A stretch of 64,000 nt of DNA from Octopus bimaculoides (lineage: Eukaryota), in assembly GCF_001194135.2 (NCBI RefSeq), contig NC_068983.1, positions 62,945,133 through 63,009,132 of the forward strand, given 5' to 3'. The notes under the pieces are model-generated. The model made no database searches. It was not told the DNA's origin and saw nothing but the letters and a program-made list of their open reading frames with translations. Made by a program: the position numbers and the translations under genes. The first letter of the stretch is position 1. Every line of letters starts with the position of its first letter. Below, piece after piece: positions 42,023 to 53,138 of this stretch.

Positions 42023-42963
42023 GGAACTGAATATTTTACTGATAACTGTTAATCCCTTTAGGATCCAAAACTTAAGTATTGATAAAACTACTGAAATCAC
42101 TTGATCCAAAACTACGCAGTCTCTTGAAAAAAACTTCACCTCTCAACAGGTTAAGAGCAATCGATATTTTCAAGTAATTTTGATGATGGATGTAATAAGT
42201 GCTGTATTGACAAATTTTATATTGTTTCTTATTGCCTTCATTCGTTATTTAGCTCATTTGTGAAATTTCAAATCACCTTTATTACTCCTTCAGTATCTTA
42301 TTGTAAAGAAAGTGGAGACTGCAGTTTAACAATGACTTGTAAAATTCTTGTTTATTTAGCCTGATAAATAATTACTATGAAATAATTACTAGGCTGTACT
42401 TCATTAGGCAATAATTAGTGATGTAAAAACATGACTTAACTTCGACCCCAAACCTAACTAGGTTTTCTGTACAAATGTATGGCCTTGTTTCATAATCGAA
42501 ACATTATATAATAAGATATTCTTGTCATTTAACTCCAGGTCCCTCAATCTAATACAGAAGACAGACCTATCATGAAATGCAATATTTTTCCAAGTGTAGT
42601 CTATAAAGGACTTATTTTCTGATGTGTCCCATTTTATGACGTTGCATTACAACCTTGGGAAATGTGTGCTGTCATTTCTAGCAAGCAGGGTGACCTCGCA
42701 TAGAATATCCCATTAAATAGTGGCTGCTGGTGTTCTCATTGTTTTTCTATATTTATAATATCGAATGGCTATGTTTGTTGTTGTTGATGATGACGATATA
42801 ATTCTTGTTATGGCTATTGCTGAGGTTGACTTTGTTATTTCTGTCAAATGTACTATTGTTATAGATAATAATGATGATAATAAAGAGGAGCATGAGATTT
42901 CCAATTGACTTTTGAATGCAAGCCATTCTTAGATCCACCCTATACGGCAAATATTAAATATAT

Positions 42964-43003
<40 letters not shown>

Positions 43004-43134
43004 TATCTTTAACAAATCTTTGGTTTATATCCACGAAATAAACGCCATGACGTACACACACAAACATGCATACACATATATAGCCAACAGCCCACACATG
43101 ACACTCACACAGACACACACACATGCATATTCCC

Positions 43135-43290
43135 AGACGCGGCTGTTTAGCAAAATGCTTGCACCCCAACCAGGGTTCAGTCCTACTGCGTGGTACCTTG
43201 GGCAAGTATCTTCTATTATAACCCCAGTCGACCAAAATTTTGTGAGTGGATTTGCTAGAAAGAAACTGAAAGAAGCCCGAAAGAAGATTT
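43135..43290 (+). mobile_element. SINE family B 5' half
   Basis: gggttcagtcc..gtaccttgggcaagtatcttct..gaccaaaa..gtgagtggattt..aactgaaagaagccc. Confidence 0.8.
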
Positions 43291-44442
43291 ACATGCATAC
43301 ATTCATATACATATGCATATATAATTGGATACAATCATATGTATATGTGTGTGTGTATGTGTGTGTATTTGAACATATATGTATATAAACAAATACATAT
43401 ATGTATGTATAAATAAATGCATATATATATATGTGTGTATGTATGCATGCATGTATGTATGCATGTATGTGTATGTATATATGTATGAATATATCTACCA
43501 GTCTATATATATATACGTATATATGTGTATGTACATATGTATATATATATATATATATATATATNNNNNNNNNNNNNNNNNNNNNNNNNNNNNNNNNNNN
43601 NNNNNNNNNNNNNNNNNNNNNNNNNNNNNNNNNNNNNNNNNNNNNNNNNNNNNNNNNNNNNNNNNNNNNNNNNNNNNNNNNNNNNNNNNNNNNNNNNNNN
43701 NNNNNNNNNNNNNNNNNNNNNNNNNNNNNNNNNNNNNNNNNNNNNNNNNNNNNNNNNNNNNNNNNNNNNNNNNNNNNNNNNNNNNNNNNNNNNNNNNNNN
43801 NNNNNNNNNNNNNNNNNNNNNNNNNNNNNNNNNNNNNNNNNNNNNNNNNNNNNNNNNNNNNNNNNNNNNNNNNNNNNNNNNNNNNNNNNNNNNNNNNNNN
43901 NNNNNNNNNNNNNNNNNNNNNNNNNNNNNNNNNNNNNNNNNNNNNNNNNNNNNNNNNNNNNNNNNNNNNNNNNNNNNNNNNNNNNNNNNNNNNNNNNNNN
44001 NNNNNNNNNNNNNNNNNNNNNNNNNNNNNNNNNNNNNNNNNNNNNNNNNNNNNNNNNNNNNNNNNNNNNNNNNNNNNNNNNNNNNNNNNNNNNNNNNNNN
44101 NNNNNNNNNNNNNNNNNNNNNNNNNNNNNNNNNNNNNNNNNNNNNNNNNNNNNNNNNNNNNNNNNNNNNNNNNNNNNNNNNNNNNNNNNNNNNNNNNNNN
44201 NNNNNNNNNNNNNNNNNNNNNNNNNNNNNNNNNNNNNNNNNNNNNNNNNNNNNNNNNNNNNNNNNNNNNNNNNNNNNNNNNNNNNNNNNNNNNNNNNNNN
44301 NNNNNNNNNNNNNNNNNNNNNNNNNNNNNNNNNNNNNNNNNNNNNNNNNNNNNNNNNNNNNNNNNNNNNNNNNNNNNNNNNNNNNNNNNNNNNNNNNNNN
44401 NNNNNNNNNNNNNNNNNNNNNNNNNNNNNNNNNNNNNNNNNN

Positions 44443-44477
<35 letters not shown>

Positions 44478-45179
44478 GATAGGTAGGTAGATAGATAGAT
44501 AGATAGATAGAAGAGACCTCCCACGCAGACACACTGTCATACACACGCATACATACACACATATACACTTGTAAGTCTTTAAATAGTGGTTCACATAGAT
44601 TAACAGATACAGTGTGCCACTTACGTATCTCTTACTATCGTCTGCGTAACCATGCATATATTTCTGAAAATAAGAAATTCGTCTTAAAGCAAAGCGGAAC
44701 TCTTTGTTTACCTACCACACCTCGCGCACAAGCCCGGAAGTCACGCATTGTAATACATGTGAGGATCAAAAATGAATTTACACTCAGACACATATAGACA
44801 AACACACACACAGTTATGCGCGCGCGCGCACACACACATACACACAGGCACACACAGACACGCATGCGCGCGCACACATACAGACATGTATGTATGAATG
44901 AGATAGATAATAATAGATAGGATATCATCAGCTGATAGATAACACTGCAATTTTTATTTACAATATCACACAAAACAAGATTAGCCACGACGGCCTTCTA
45001 GATAGCATATTGCAATACCAAAATAAACGTACTGATTCAACCAACCCCTAGAAATATACCAAGAAAGCTTACTGAGTATAAAAAAACCTACTTGGAGCTA
45101 GAATAATACATGCATACATACATACATACACACATACATACATACATACACGTACATACGTAATACAATATTAGGATTA

Positions 45180-45712
45180 AAACTTAATTTATCGACCCCG
45201 AAAGGATGAAAGGCAAAGTAGACCTCGGCGGAAATTGAACTCAGAACGTAGCGGCAGACGAAATACCGCTAAGTATTTCACCCGGCGTGCTAACATTTCT
45301 TTACTGCCCACAAGGGGCTACACACAGAGGGGACTAACAAGGAAAGACAAACGGATTAAGCCGATTATATCAACCCCAGTGCGTAATTGGTACTTATTTA
45401 ATCTACCCAGAAAGGATGAAAGGCAATGTCGACCTCAGCGGAATTTGAACTCAGAACGTAACGGCAGACGAAATACCTATTTCGTTATTGCCCAAAAGGG
45501 GCTAAACATAGAGGGAACAAACAAGAACAGACGAACGGATTAAGTCGATTACATCGACCCCAGTGCGTAACTGGTACTTAATTTATCGACCCCGAAAGGA
45601 TGAAAGGCAAAGTCGACCTCGGCGGCATTTGAACTCAGAACGTAACGGCAGACGAAATACCGCTAAGCATTTCGCCCGGCGTGCTAACGTTTTTGCCAGC
45701 TCACCGCCTTAC
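45180..45712 (-). mobile_element. Three head-to-tail copies of SINE family A
   Basis: Unit atcgaccccgaaaggatgaaaggcaaagtcgacctcggcggaatttgaactcagaacgta..gacgaaatacc recurs at ~45190, ~45400 and ~45585. Confidence 0.9.
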
Positions 45713-46689
45713 TCAAAGCAAATATTATTATAAAAAAAGAAAAAAAAAGAGAAAGAGTAAATCATCTGCTTTAGCAATCACTGTATTTGCAAAGGTCAGA
45801 TATCAGGGCACTTACAGAAGAACATTAACTAATATTAACACGAAATACTCAAAACATGCACCATACTATTTTACTCATAATTAGTAATTTAAAGCTTTCC
45901 GGTGTGTTAAATGGAATTCCATAAAAAGCCGAAAAAAAAAGAGGTTGAAAAATATCACGTGATACTATCCAATAAGCAGCCAACAGTTAATGGCATCGAT
46001 TCTCAATAGACACTCAAACGATAGACTAAACATCGACCCTCTAGGCGATACTGCTTCTAGTCTAATAAAAAGCAATTACAGATTCTCGAAGTCAATGTAT
46101 CAAATGTAGCATGGAAATGATAAGGGAGTTAAAATCATTTGAAGTTTTCGACTTTATAATCTCCTCTCTCACTCTCCCTCTTTAACTCACTCGCTCACCT
46201 CTCGTTCTTTTCCTTTTACACACCCACACAGACAGATACAATAACAATCAAACTTACACAGATGCAGATATATACATATGTGTGTATGTATGTATGTACA
46301 CAGGCACGCACACACATACATACATACACACATACATACATACACACATACATACACACACACATATTCACATAAAAACATGCACAAACATTCTCACCTA
46401 TAATTTGTTTATTTCACATTCTCCAGGTTTGCCTAAACGCCTACACATGTACAAACCATCTCACGAAATGCGTGATATTTGTCTATATATCTCTCTATCA
46501 CTTTCCCCTCTTCGCTTCATAATATTCGTTTTATCTCGTGTTAAAATAATTTTTATTGAAGTATGACCACAGTATCTGATGGCGACACGCAATGTTTCGC
46601 GTCATTGAGAAAGAAAATATGAATATCATATTTAGCTAGCTAAGCAGATAGAGAAATGTATGCGAATATATATACCCGAACACATCCTG

Positions 46690-46721
<32 letters not shown>

Positions 46722-46789
46722 CAGGAACTACAGTATCTCAGAGAACGAACGAATACATGTGTATGCCTCTTCTTATTTATTGAGGCAGC

Positions 46790-47005
46790 GTGCTGGCCGA
46801 ATCGTCAACTCACTGGGCAAATTTCTTAGCGGTATTTCGCCCGTCTTTACCTTCAAGATTCAATTGTCCTCGAGGTCGACTTTACCTATGAGGTCAATAA
46901 CATAAGTGCCAGCTAACTTTGGTAGCTTTCGAACTGAGAACGTTAAGACGGGAGAAATACCGCTAATCATATTTTCCGCCATGGTAAAGATTCAGCCAGC
47001 ATGCT
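46790..47005. mobile_element. Two opposed SINE family A fragments (+ ~46790-46900, - ~46920-47005)
   Basis: gctggccgaatcgt..ttcttagcggtatttcgcccgtc, then gaactgagaacgttaagacgg..accgctaa..gattcagccagc. Confidence 0.7.
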
Positions 47006-47015
47006 GCCTTAATAG

Positions 47016-47399
47016 ATTGTTGGCACTCCGTCGCTTACGACGTCGAGGGTTCCAGTTGATCCGATCAACGGAACTGCCTACTCGTGAAATTAACATGCAA
47101 GTGGCTGAGCACTCCACAGACACGTCTACCTTTAACGTAATTCTCGGGGATATTCAGCGTGACACAGTGTGACAAGGCTGACCCTTTGAATTACAGGCAC
47201 AACAGAAACAGGAAGTAAGAGTGAGAGAAAGTTGTGGTGAAAGAGTACAGCAGGGTTCGCCACCATCCCCTGCCGGAGTCTCGTGGCGCTTTAGGTGTTT
47301 TCTCTCAATAAACACTCACAACGAACGGTCTGGGAATCGAAACCGCGATCCTATGACCGCGAGTCCGCTGCCCTAACCACTGGGCCATTGCGCCTCCAC
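47016..47399 (-). mobile_element. tRNA-derived SINE (family C), full length with 10-bp TSD
   Basis: Closely similar reverse complement of 41649-42022. Direct repeat GCCTTAATAG at 47006-47015 and 47400-47409. Confidence 0.92.
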
Positions 47400-47769
47400 G
47401 CCTTAATAGGGGGCATATTGATAGATTGAATGGACTACAAGCAAGTGTGAATATATATATAGATTAATACACCAAGAGACATGCTGAAAAGAGCAAGAAT
47501 GCATTAAGTATAGGAATATGAACTTGTGTTACATCTCAGACACTCACGTAGAATCACATACATATACGTATATGCGCGCGCGCACTCACACAAACACACA
47601 CATATATGTATAGGTACAAACCAAAACATGATCTAAGATAATTGGTTTGCTTTAGATCAGTATCAGTGAAAACCTTCAGTGGATGGGGTTTCCATAAAAC
47701 TTTTACATTACGGCAGCAAATTATAAAAATAAAACAAAAAATACAAGCACATTGATTCTTTTTTTCATT

Positions 47770-47908
47770 TTCCATCTTCCAAATCCACTCTCAAGGTTTT
47801 GGTCGGCCCAGGGCTAAAGTAGAAGACACTTACTCAAGGTGCCGCGCAATTCGATTGGACACAATACCTCAAGTTTCTGCAACAAGCTTCTTAACCACGT
47901 ATATAACC
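47770..47908 (-). mobile_element. SINE family B 5' half
   Basis: aaatccactctcaaggttttggtcggcccagggcta..agaagacacttactcaaggtgcc is the reverse complement of family B. Confidence 0.8.
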
Positions 47909-48232
47909 ACCCAAAACAAAATAATACTAACAAATTAACCACATAGCAATTTGTCCAAAAGATAAATCCAACGGAGAGAAACATTCAAAAGATGCCACCC
48001 AAAAGTAACGTCCCTTGATTCATTGTTTTATTCACGTGAATACACGAGAATCCCCGCGAACTAAACGAGGCAGTGTTTTCCACAATGGAAGGGAACACCT
48101 TTCCCCATGTGATAGGCTTGAAAATGTTTCCTACTTTGTTTTAACATGAAACCAATGATAGCCTTAATTCACAAATAAAGAAGTCATATCCACCAATGCG
48201 GTGTTGAGCAATCATTTTCATCGTTTGACACA

Positions 48233-48302
<70 letters not shown>

Positions 48303-48747
48303 NNNNNNNNNNNNNNNNNNNNNNNNNNNNNNNNNNNNNNNNNNNNNNNNNNNNNNNNNNNNNNNNNNNNNNNNNNNNNNNNNNNNNNNNNNNNNNNNNN
48401 NNNNNNNNNNNNNNNNNNNNNNNNNNNNNNNNNNNNNNNNNNNNNNNNNNNNNNNNNNNNNNNNNNNNNNNNNNNNNNNNNNNNNNNNNNNNNNNNNNNN
48501 NNNNNNNNNNNNNNNNNNNNNNNNNNNNNNNNNNNNNNNNNNNNNNNNNNNNNNNNNNNNNNNNNNNNNNNNNNNNNNNNNNNNNNNNNNNNNNNNNNNN
48601 NNNNNNNNNNNNNNNNNNNNNNNNNNNNNNNNNNNNNNNNNNNNNNNNNNNNNNNNNNNNNNNNNNNNNNNNNNNNNNNNNNNNNNNNNNNNNNNNNNNN
48701 TGTGTGTGTGTGTGTGTTTGTGTGTTTGTGTGTGTCTGTGTGTGTTT

Positions 48748-48788
<41 letters not shown>

Positions 48789-50175
48789 TGTGTGTGTGAG
48801 TGTGTGTGTGTTTGTGGCGGATGGGAGTCTATGCGGAATACATGACTTTAAATCAAAAAATAAAGATACTGGTAGCTACTGATGTAAATATGAAACAAAT
48901 ATGAAGCTAATTGGTGAGTCTTTGCTGTTGTAAGTAGTCATCCGCCTCGAATTTAAATTCCATATTACATATATGTACATTAAAAATGGGGACGGGCCAT
49001 AGAATTACAGCTAGAAGCGCGTTTAAAAAGTTTTAGTAAATGGAAGGGGACAATAGTTAAAAAGTTCCAAAAGTCCTGCTTCCTCTCAAATCTTGCCTTC
49101 ATTAATATTGTACTTCGATATCTAACTACATGTTGATGGCAATCTGGTAAGTTTTTACTGATGTTATTGCTATGAATGCAATATACAAGCAAACCTCAAA
49201 ACATGTGTATATAATCGTTTTATATTGTTTACAAATGTATTAAAGTTCTGTAATGAAAACTTTATTGTTTTATTCTTCCTTTTATTATATTTTATTTTCC
49301 AATATTCATAAGTCTTAAAATGCTGAAAACGGTTGTAAAATAATTCGAACCTCTTTAGTTTCCCACCCTAAATGAAAGTCAGTATGCTGTTTCCTAACTC
49401 CAACACTGTATTAACGTTGTTATTGCTGTTGGTAGTGGTGGTGCTGTTTTTATTTTGACACATTTATAGCTGGCCGAACCTCTGTGAAACCCCATAAATC
49501 CAGCTTTTTATATATCGCAAATTTCGTCTTCCCAGGAGTGTCTACGCCCGGCGTACTGAACTGTGAGGCCATAGAGTTATCTCTCGCCCTAACGGCGTCC
49601 CTACAGAGGTTGTCCCGTCTTCTTTACGAATTTACGGTTATTGAAGTGGTGACTTCTGCAATACATTTCTTTTCTTTTAGAGATGGTATAGTTTCACAGA
49701 TATTTAGTTGTTATTGCAAAAAGACCGAGCAGATGCTTTGAAGCATCTTCATGGATCGAAGACGAATACTTTAATGGTGGAGCCAATCCTAATTGAAACG
49801 TTTGCATTATTGACTTACACTCAATATACCCCATAACTTTTTACTCTCTACCCCATGTCCGCATTATGCCAAATAAAGTAGGTTAAAGTAAAAATATATA
49901 TATATTTCCATTATTTAACACTCTATGTCGGTTGAGCAGTAGCTATGACTGCTTACCGGAGTAAAAAGGCATTCCTCACTGTATAAATAAGATATTTTTA
50001 TATTCAAAATACCACAAAAACATAATTTTACTATTCTTCTTAATTTTACTACACAACTACAAACAATATTCTTGTATCAATCAATTCAGTTAACTTTAGC
50101 CTTCGCCTAGGTATTTAAAAATTAGTGCTAATATGAAACTTGATGAGTATATTTCAAGCTATTTTGTTATATTTC

Positions 50176-50219
50176 CTTTAACTAAATATATTCTTTCTTT
50201 CTTTTCTTCTCTTTTCCAG
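50176..50219 (+). promoter_or_regulatory. 3' splice acceptor of the neuropeptide coding exon
   Basis: Branch-like TTTAAC (~50177-50182), then pure pyrimidine tract ttctttctttcttttcttctcttttcc (50191-50217) and AG at 50218-50219, 16 nt before the ATG. Confidence 0.8.
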
Positions 50220-50235
50220 AATCTTGTTAAAGAAA

Positions 50236-50319
50236 ATGGCCGGTCTTTGGAGAATCGTTCTTTTAGCAACAATTACCTTGATGTGTGTGACATCACAATG
50301 GGTTATCTATGTCCAGGCT
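50236..50319 (+). other. Predicted signal peptide MAGLWRIVLLATITLMCVTSQWVIYVQA
   Basis: Basic n-region residue, hydrophobic core, and V-Q-A|EE (-3/-1) cleavage pattern followed by an acidic propeptide. Cleavage site judged by eye. Confidence 0.75.
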
Positions 50320-51015
50320 GAAGAAGCTTCTAGCAGTGACGAATTGGTGAACAGTGCGAATGAAGCCGACCCTGAAATGGATAGTGAAGATGATCTGAAA
50401 CGAGCAAACACATTTCTTCGAATAGGTAAAGCAAACGGAATTTTACGTTTAGCTCGAAGCCCTAGTTCTTTCCTGAGAATTGGACGTCGCCCCCCATTGC
50501 ACTTTGTTAGAATCGGTAAAGCCCCATCAAGCATGTTTCTAAGAATTGGCAAAAGAGTGGATGATAGCGAAAATGATGATCTAAACGAATACGATGCAGA
50601 TAAAATGTCAGGGCGTGATACTAGAGCCAGTCCATCTTCGTTTCTTAGAATTGGAAAATCAGGAAATGAAGTAGAAGATGAAATTGATGACACGGATGAA
50701 ACTGTTAAACGTGTTAACGCATTTCTACGCATTGGTCGACAAAATGATCCATCTTCATTCCTGAGAATTGGTAAAAGTTTGAATAATGACGATCTCTCTA
50801 AGGACAAACGCACCAACGCTTTCCTCAGAATCGGAAAAATACCCGCCTCATCTTTCATTCGCTTAGGTCGTGGACCTTTCACAGAAGATAATGGCATCAA
50901 CACTCGTGGATTTCGCGGTCCGACACGGGGCTTTTTAAGGATTGGCAAACGCGCAGCGATCCCCGATGGAAGCCATGCCGATTATTTCAGTGATCTAAAC
51001 GTCAAATCTCAATGA
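50236..51015 (+). CDS. FxRIa: FxRIamide (FLRIamide/SSFVRIamide family) neuropeptide precursor, 259 aa, entire CDS in one exon
   Basis: ATG at 50236 in gaaaATGG context (the ORF-track start at 50224 is a TTG); TGA at 51013-51015. Hydrophobic N-terminus, Asp/Glu-rich spacers, and repeated F-x-R-I-G-K/R units: ANTFLRIG, SPSSFLRIG, PPLHFVRIG, APSSMFLRIG, ASPSSFLRIG, VNAFLRIG, QNDPSSFLRIG, TNAFLRIG, ..RGFLRIG, plus IPASSFIRLG. Flanked by KR/RR/K/R sites. Matches the lophotrochozoan FxRIamide family by recognition, not by search. Confidence 0.95.
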   Translation: MAGLWRIVLLATITLMCVTSQWVIYVQAEEASSSDELVNSANEADPEMDSEDDLKRANTFLRIGKANGILRLARSPSSFLRIGRRPPLHFVRIGKAPSSMFLRIGKRVDDSENDDLNEYDADKMSGRDTRASPSSFLRIGKSGNEVEDEIDDTDETVKRVNAFLRIGRQNDPSSFLRIGKSLNNDDLSKDKRTNAFLRIGKIPASSFIRLGRGPFTEDNGINTRGFRGPTRGFLRIGKRAAIPDGSHADYFSDLNVKSQ

Positions 51016-51276
51016 GTCTACAACTATGAATGAAAAGAAACCGGTTAAAGGGAACAATTTAGAATTAAAAGAAAAGATTACCATTTGGAAATGATTCTGA
51101 AACGAATAAGGACTATCACCGACGCAATGAAACAAGAAACCAAAAAATACAACACAATACTTTAAGAATTCCACAAATATACAGAAATATTTCTTCTGAG
51201 ACAGCTTTAAATACAGGACACAGAAAATATTTTTGTTCTATATATATATATATATGAATTAGGAAAATATCATATA

Positions 51277-51326
<50 letters not shown>

Positions 51327-51593
51327 CTATTTTGAGAGGGTCATCTTGATCCTCACACGATGCATCTATTTCAACACACGTTTTCACATCAGAGTGTTGC
51401 AAAACAAATACTGAATTAAAATATATGTGTGTATGTGTGTGCACGTGTGTGTGTGTGTGTGTGTGTGTGTATTTGCGTGCATCCGTTTGTATGTTTGAGT
51501 GAGAGTATGCATAATTTGTGTATATTTGTATGCTCGAGAGCATAGATATATGTCAAAGGAGCGTAAATGCAAAATACCGTGTCTGTACTAGTA

Positions 51594-51599
51594 AATAAA
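51594..51599 (+). terminator. Candidate polyadenylation signal AATAAA for the FxRIa transcript
   Basis: First AATAAA I found after the stop. Alternatives are ATTAAA at 51064 and 51415 and AATAAA at 51741. AT-rich background makes this weak. Confidence 0.3.
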
Positions 51600-51961
51600 G
51601 GGCATTAATATGTGAAGTTCAGACAAATATATCATCGTAAAGACAGTGTCTTTTCTTGAAATCCACTCCACTCTCCAAACCTGCAACATATCTTACAACA
51701 TTCACACACATGCATAAATGCATACACAGTTATAAATGTAAATAAACATATGAATATATACACATATAAAAGCAAGCATATATACAAGTATATATTCCAG
51801 TATATGCACGTATATGTGTAGGCAAATTTTTAGATTTGGTTTGTGTGAATGTATGTAATACATCAGTAGTCTCTGCGTGTGCGTATATAAGGTGCGTATA
51901 TCTGTGTTTGTCTGTCTGTATGTATGTGTGTATGTATGTATGTGCGTGTGTGTGTGCATGC

Positions 51962-52005
<44 letters not shown>

Positions 52006-52732
52006 CTTTGTCTCTAAGTATGTAACAGTAGTAAGGATGTACATGAAATGGAAGAGAAAGAAACAAATCTAAATTATATCAAATTATGTAAATGAGAAAA
52101 GAGAAATAGAGAAAGAGCGTAAGGTTGAGAGGTAATATTTCCTAAAGTGGATGGTCTGAACTTCATATTTTGGTGACCAATATTAACGACACGCCCCCAA
52201 ATTCGAACGAGTAATATTCGGAGGATATTTCTCCTTGTCGGAGAAGTGGACAATTGCCGGTATTTTGCTGTAAATTTCTTACATGATGTAAATTTTTTTT
52301 CTTCATAAAAATAACAACCATTCCCCAGAGAAAATATAAAATAAACTAAAATAAACCCTCAGATATCTTATCTGAAATGATGTTGATATTTGTGTTGAAA
52401 ACGTAAAAATGATAATAAAAATTGATCATGATATAAAATAATTATGTTTCAAAGTTACTGCATTCCAGAAGGGTTTCTTTCGTTTCTTTATTTAATAAAA
52501 TATGAAAGCAGCCATTAGATATATTTGAATTCGTTTGATCAGGCAATATATTTTAACAGCTTCCATGATTGATAGATTGGCCAAAGTGGACCCGCTAAAA
52601 TTTGAAGTTAAAAGCTAAACAGTCTATCAAATATTCTCTTTTAACAGCTACTGACCTATTATAGCTGCAGTCATAATCAATCACCTACTTCTAGCGGTTT
52701 TAGTAGTCTTCAGGAAGGTTTCTGAAGAACTG

Positions 52733-52734
52733 TG

Positions 52735-52805
<71 letters not shown>

Positions 52806-52900
52806 CTGTCTATCTCTCTCTCCCTCTCTCTCTCTCTCTCTATCTATCTGTCTGTCTATTTGTATGTATGTATATATGTATGTATGTATGTATGTATCTT
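52733..52900. repeat. Compound (TCTA)n-(CT)n-(TATG)n microsatellite
   Basis: Directly visible. Many further (TA)n, (CA)n, (GA)n and (TACA)n tracts occur throughout, most N-gaps abut them, and they are not listed individually. Confidence 0.95.
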
Positions 52901-52914
52901 ACTCTTTCTTTAAC

Positions 52915-53061
52915 ATGCTTGTTTTCTAAACATATGATTCGGTCCCACACCGTGACACCTTGGGCAAGTGTCTTCTACGTTAGCATTGGACCGACCAAAG
53001 CCTTGTGAGCGGATTTGATAGACAGAAACGGAAAGACTGAAAGAAGCTCGTCGTATATATA

Positions 53062-53138
<77 letters not shown>

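Noticed and set aside
45180-45712. CRISPR-like repeat-spacer appearance
   Set aside because: Eukaryotic context, units are ~190-bp SINE copies with homologous rather than unique spacers, and there are no cas genes.
45911-45922. 12-bp palindrome ATGGAATTCCAT (Rel/NFAT-like)
   Set aside because: Many 12-bp palindromes are expected by chance in 64 kb of AT-rich sequence, and there is no other support.
49730-49805. Hairpin AGATGCTT-TG-AAGCATCT and a GAAACGTT motif resembling a hammerhead end
   Set aside because: No intact CUGANGA core or stem II could be built.
50224-50235. ORF-track N-terminal extension MLKK
   Set aside because: It starts at TTG just inside the exon. The ATG at 50236 has a good context and gives a proper signal peptide.
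50307-50948. 213-aa antisense ORF overlapping the neuropeptide CDS
   Set aside because: Shadow ORF. In this register antisense stops need a Tyr codon after T/C or a His/Gln codon after T, and the precursor has very few of these residues. Its repeats (PILR) merely mirror RIG.
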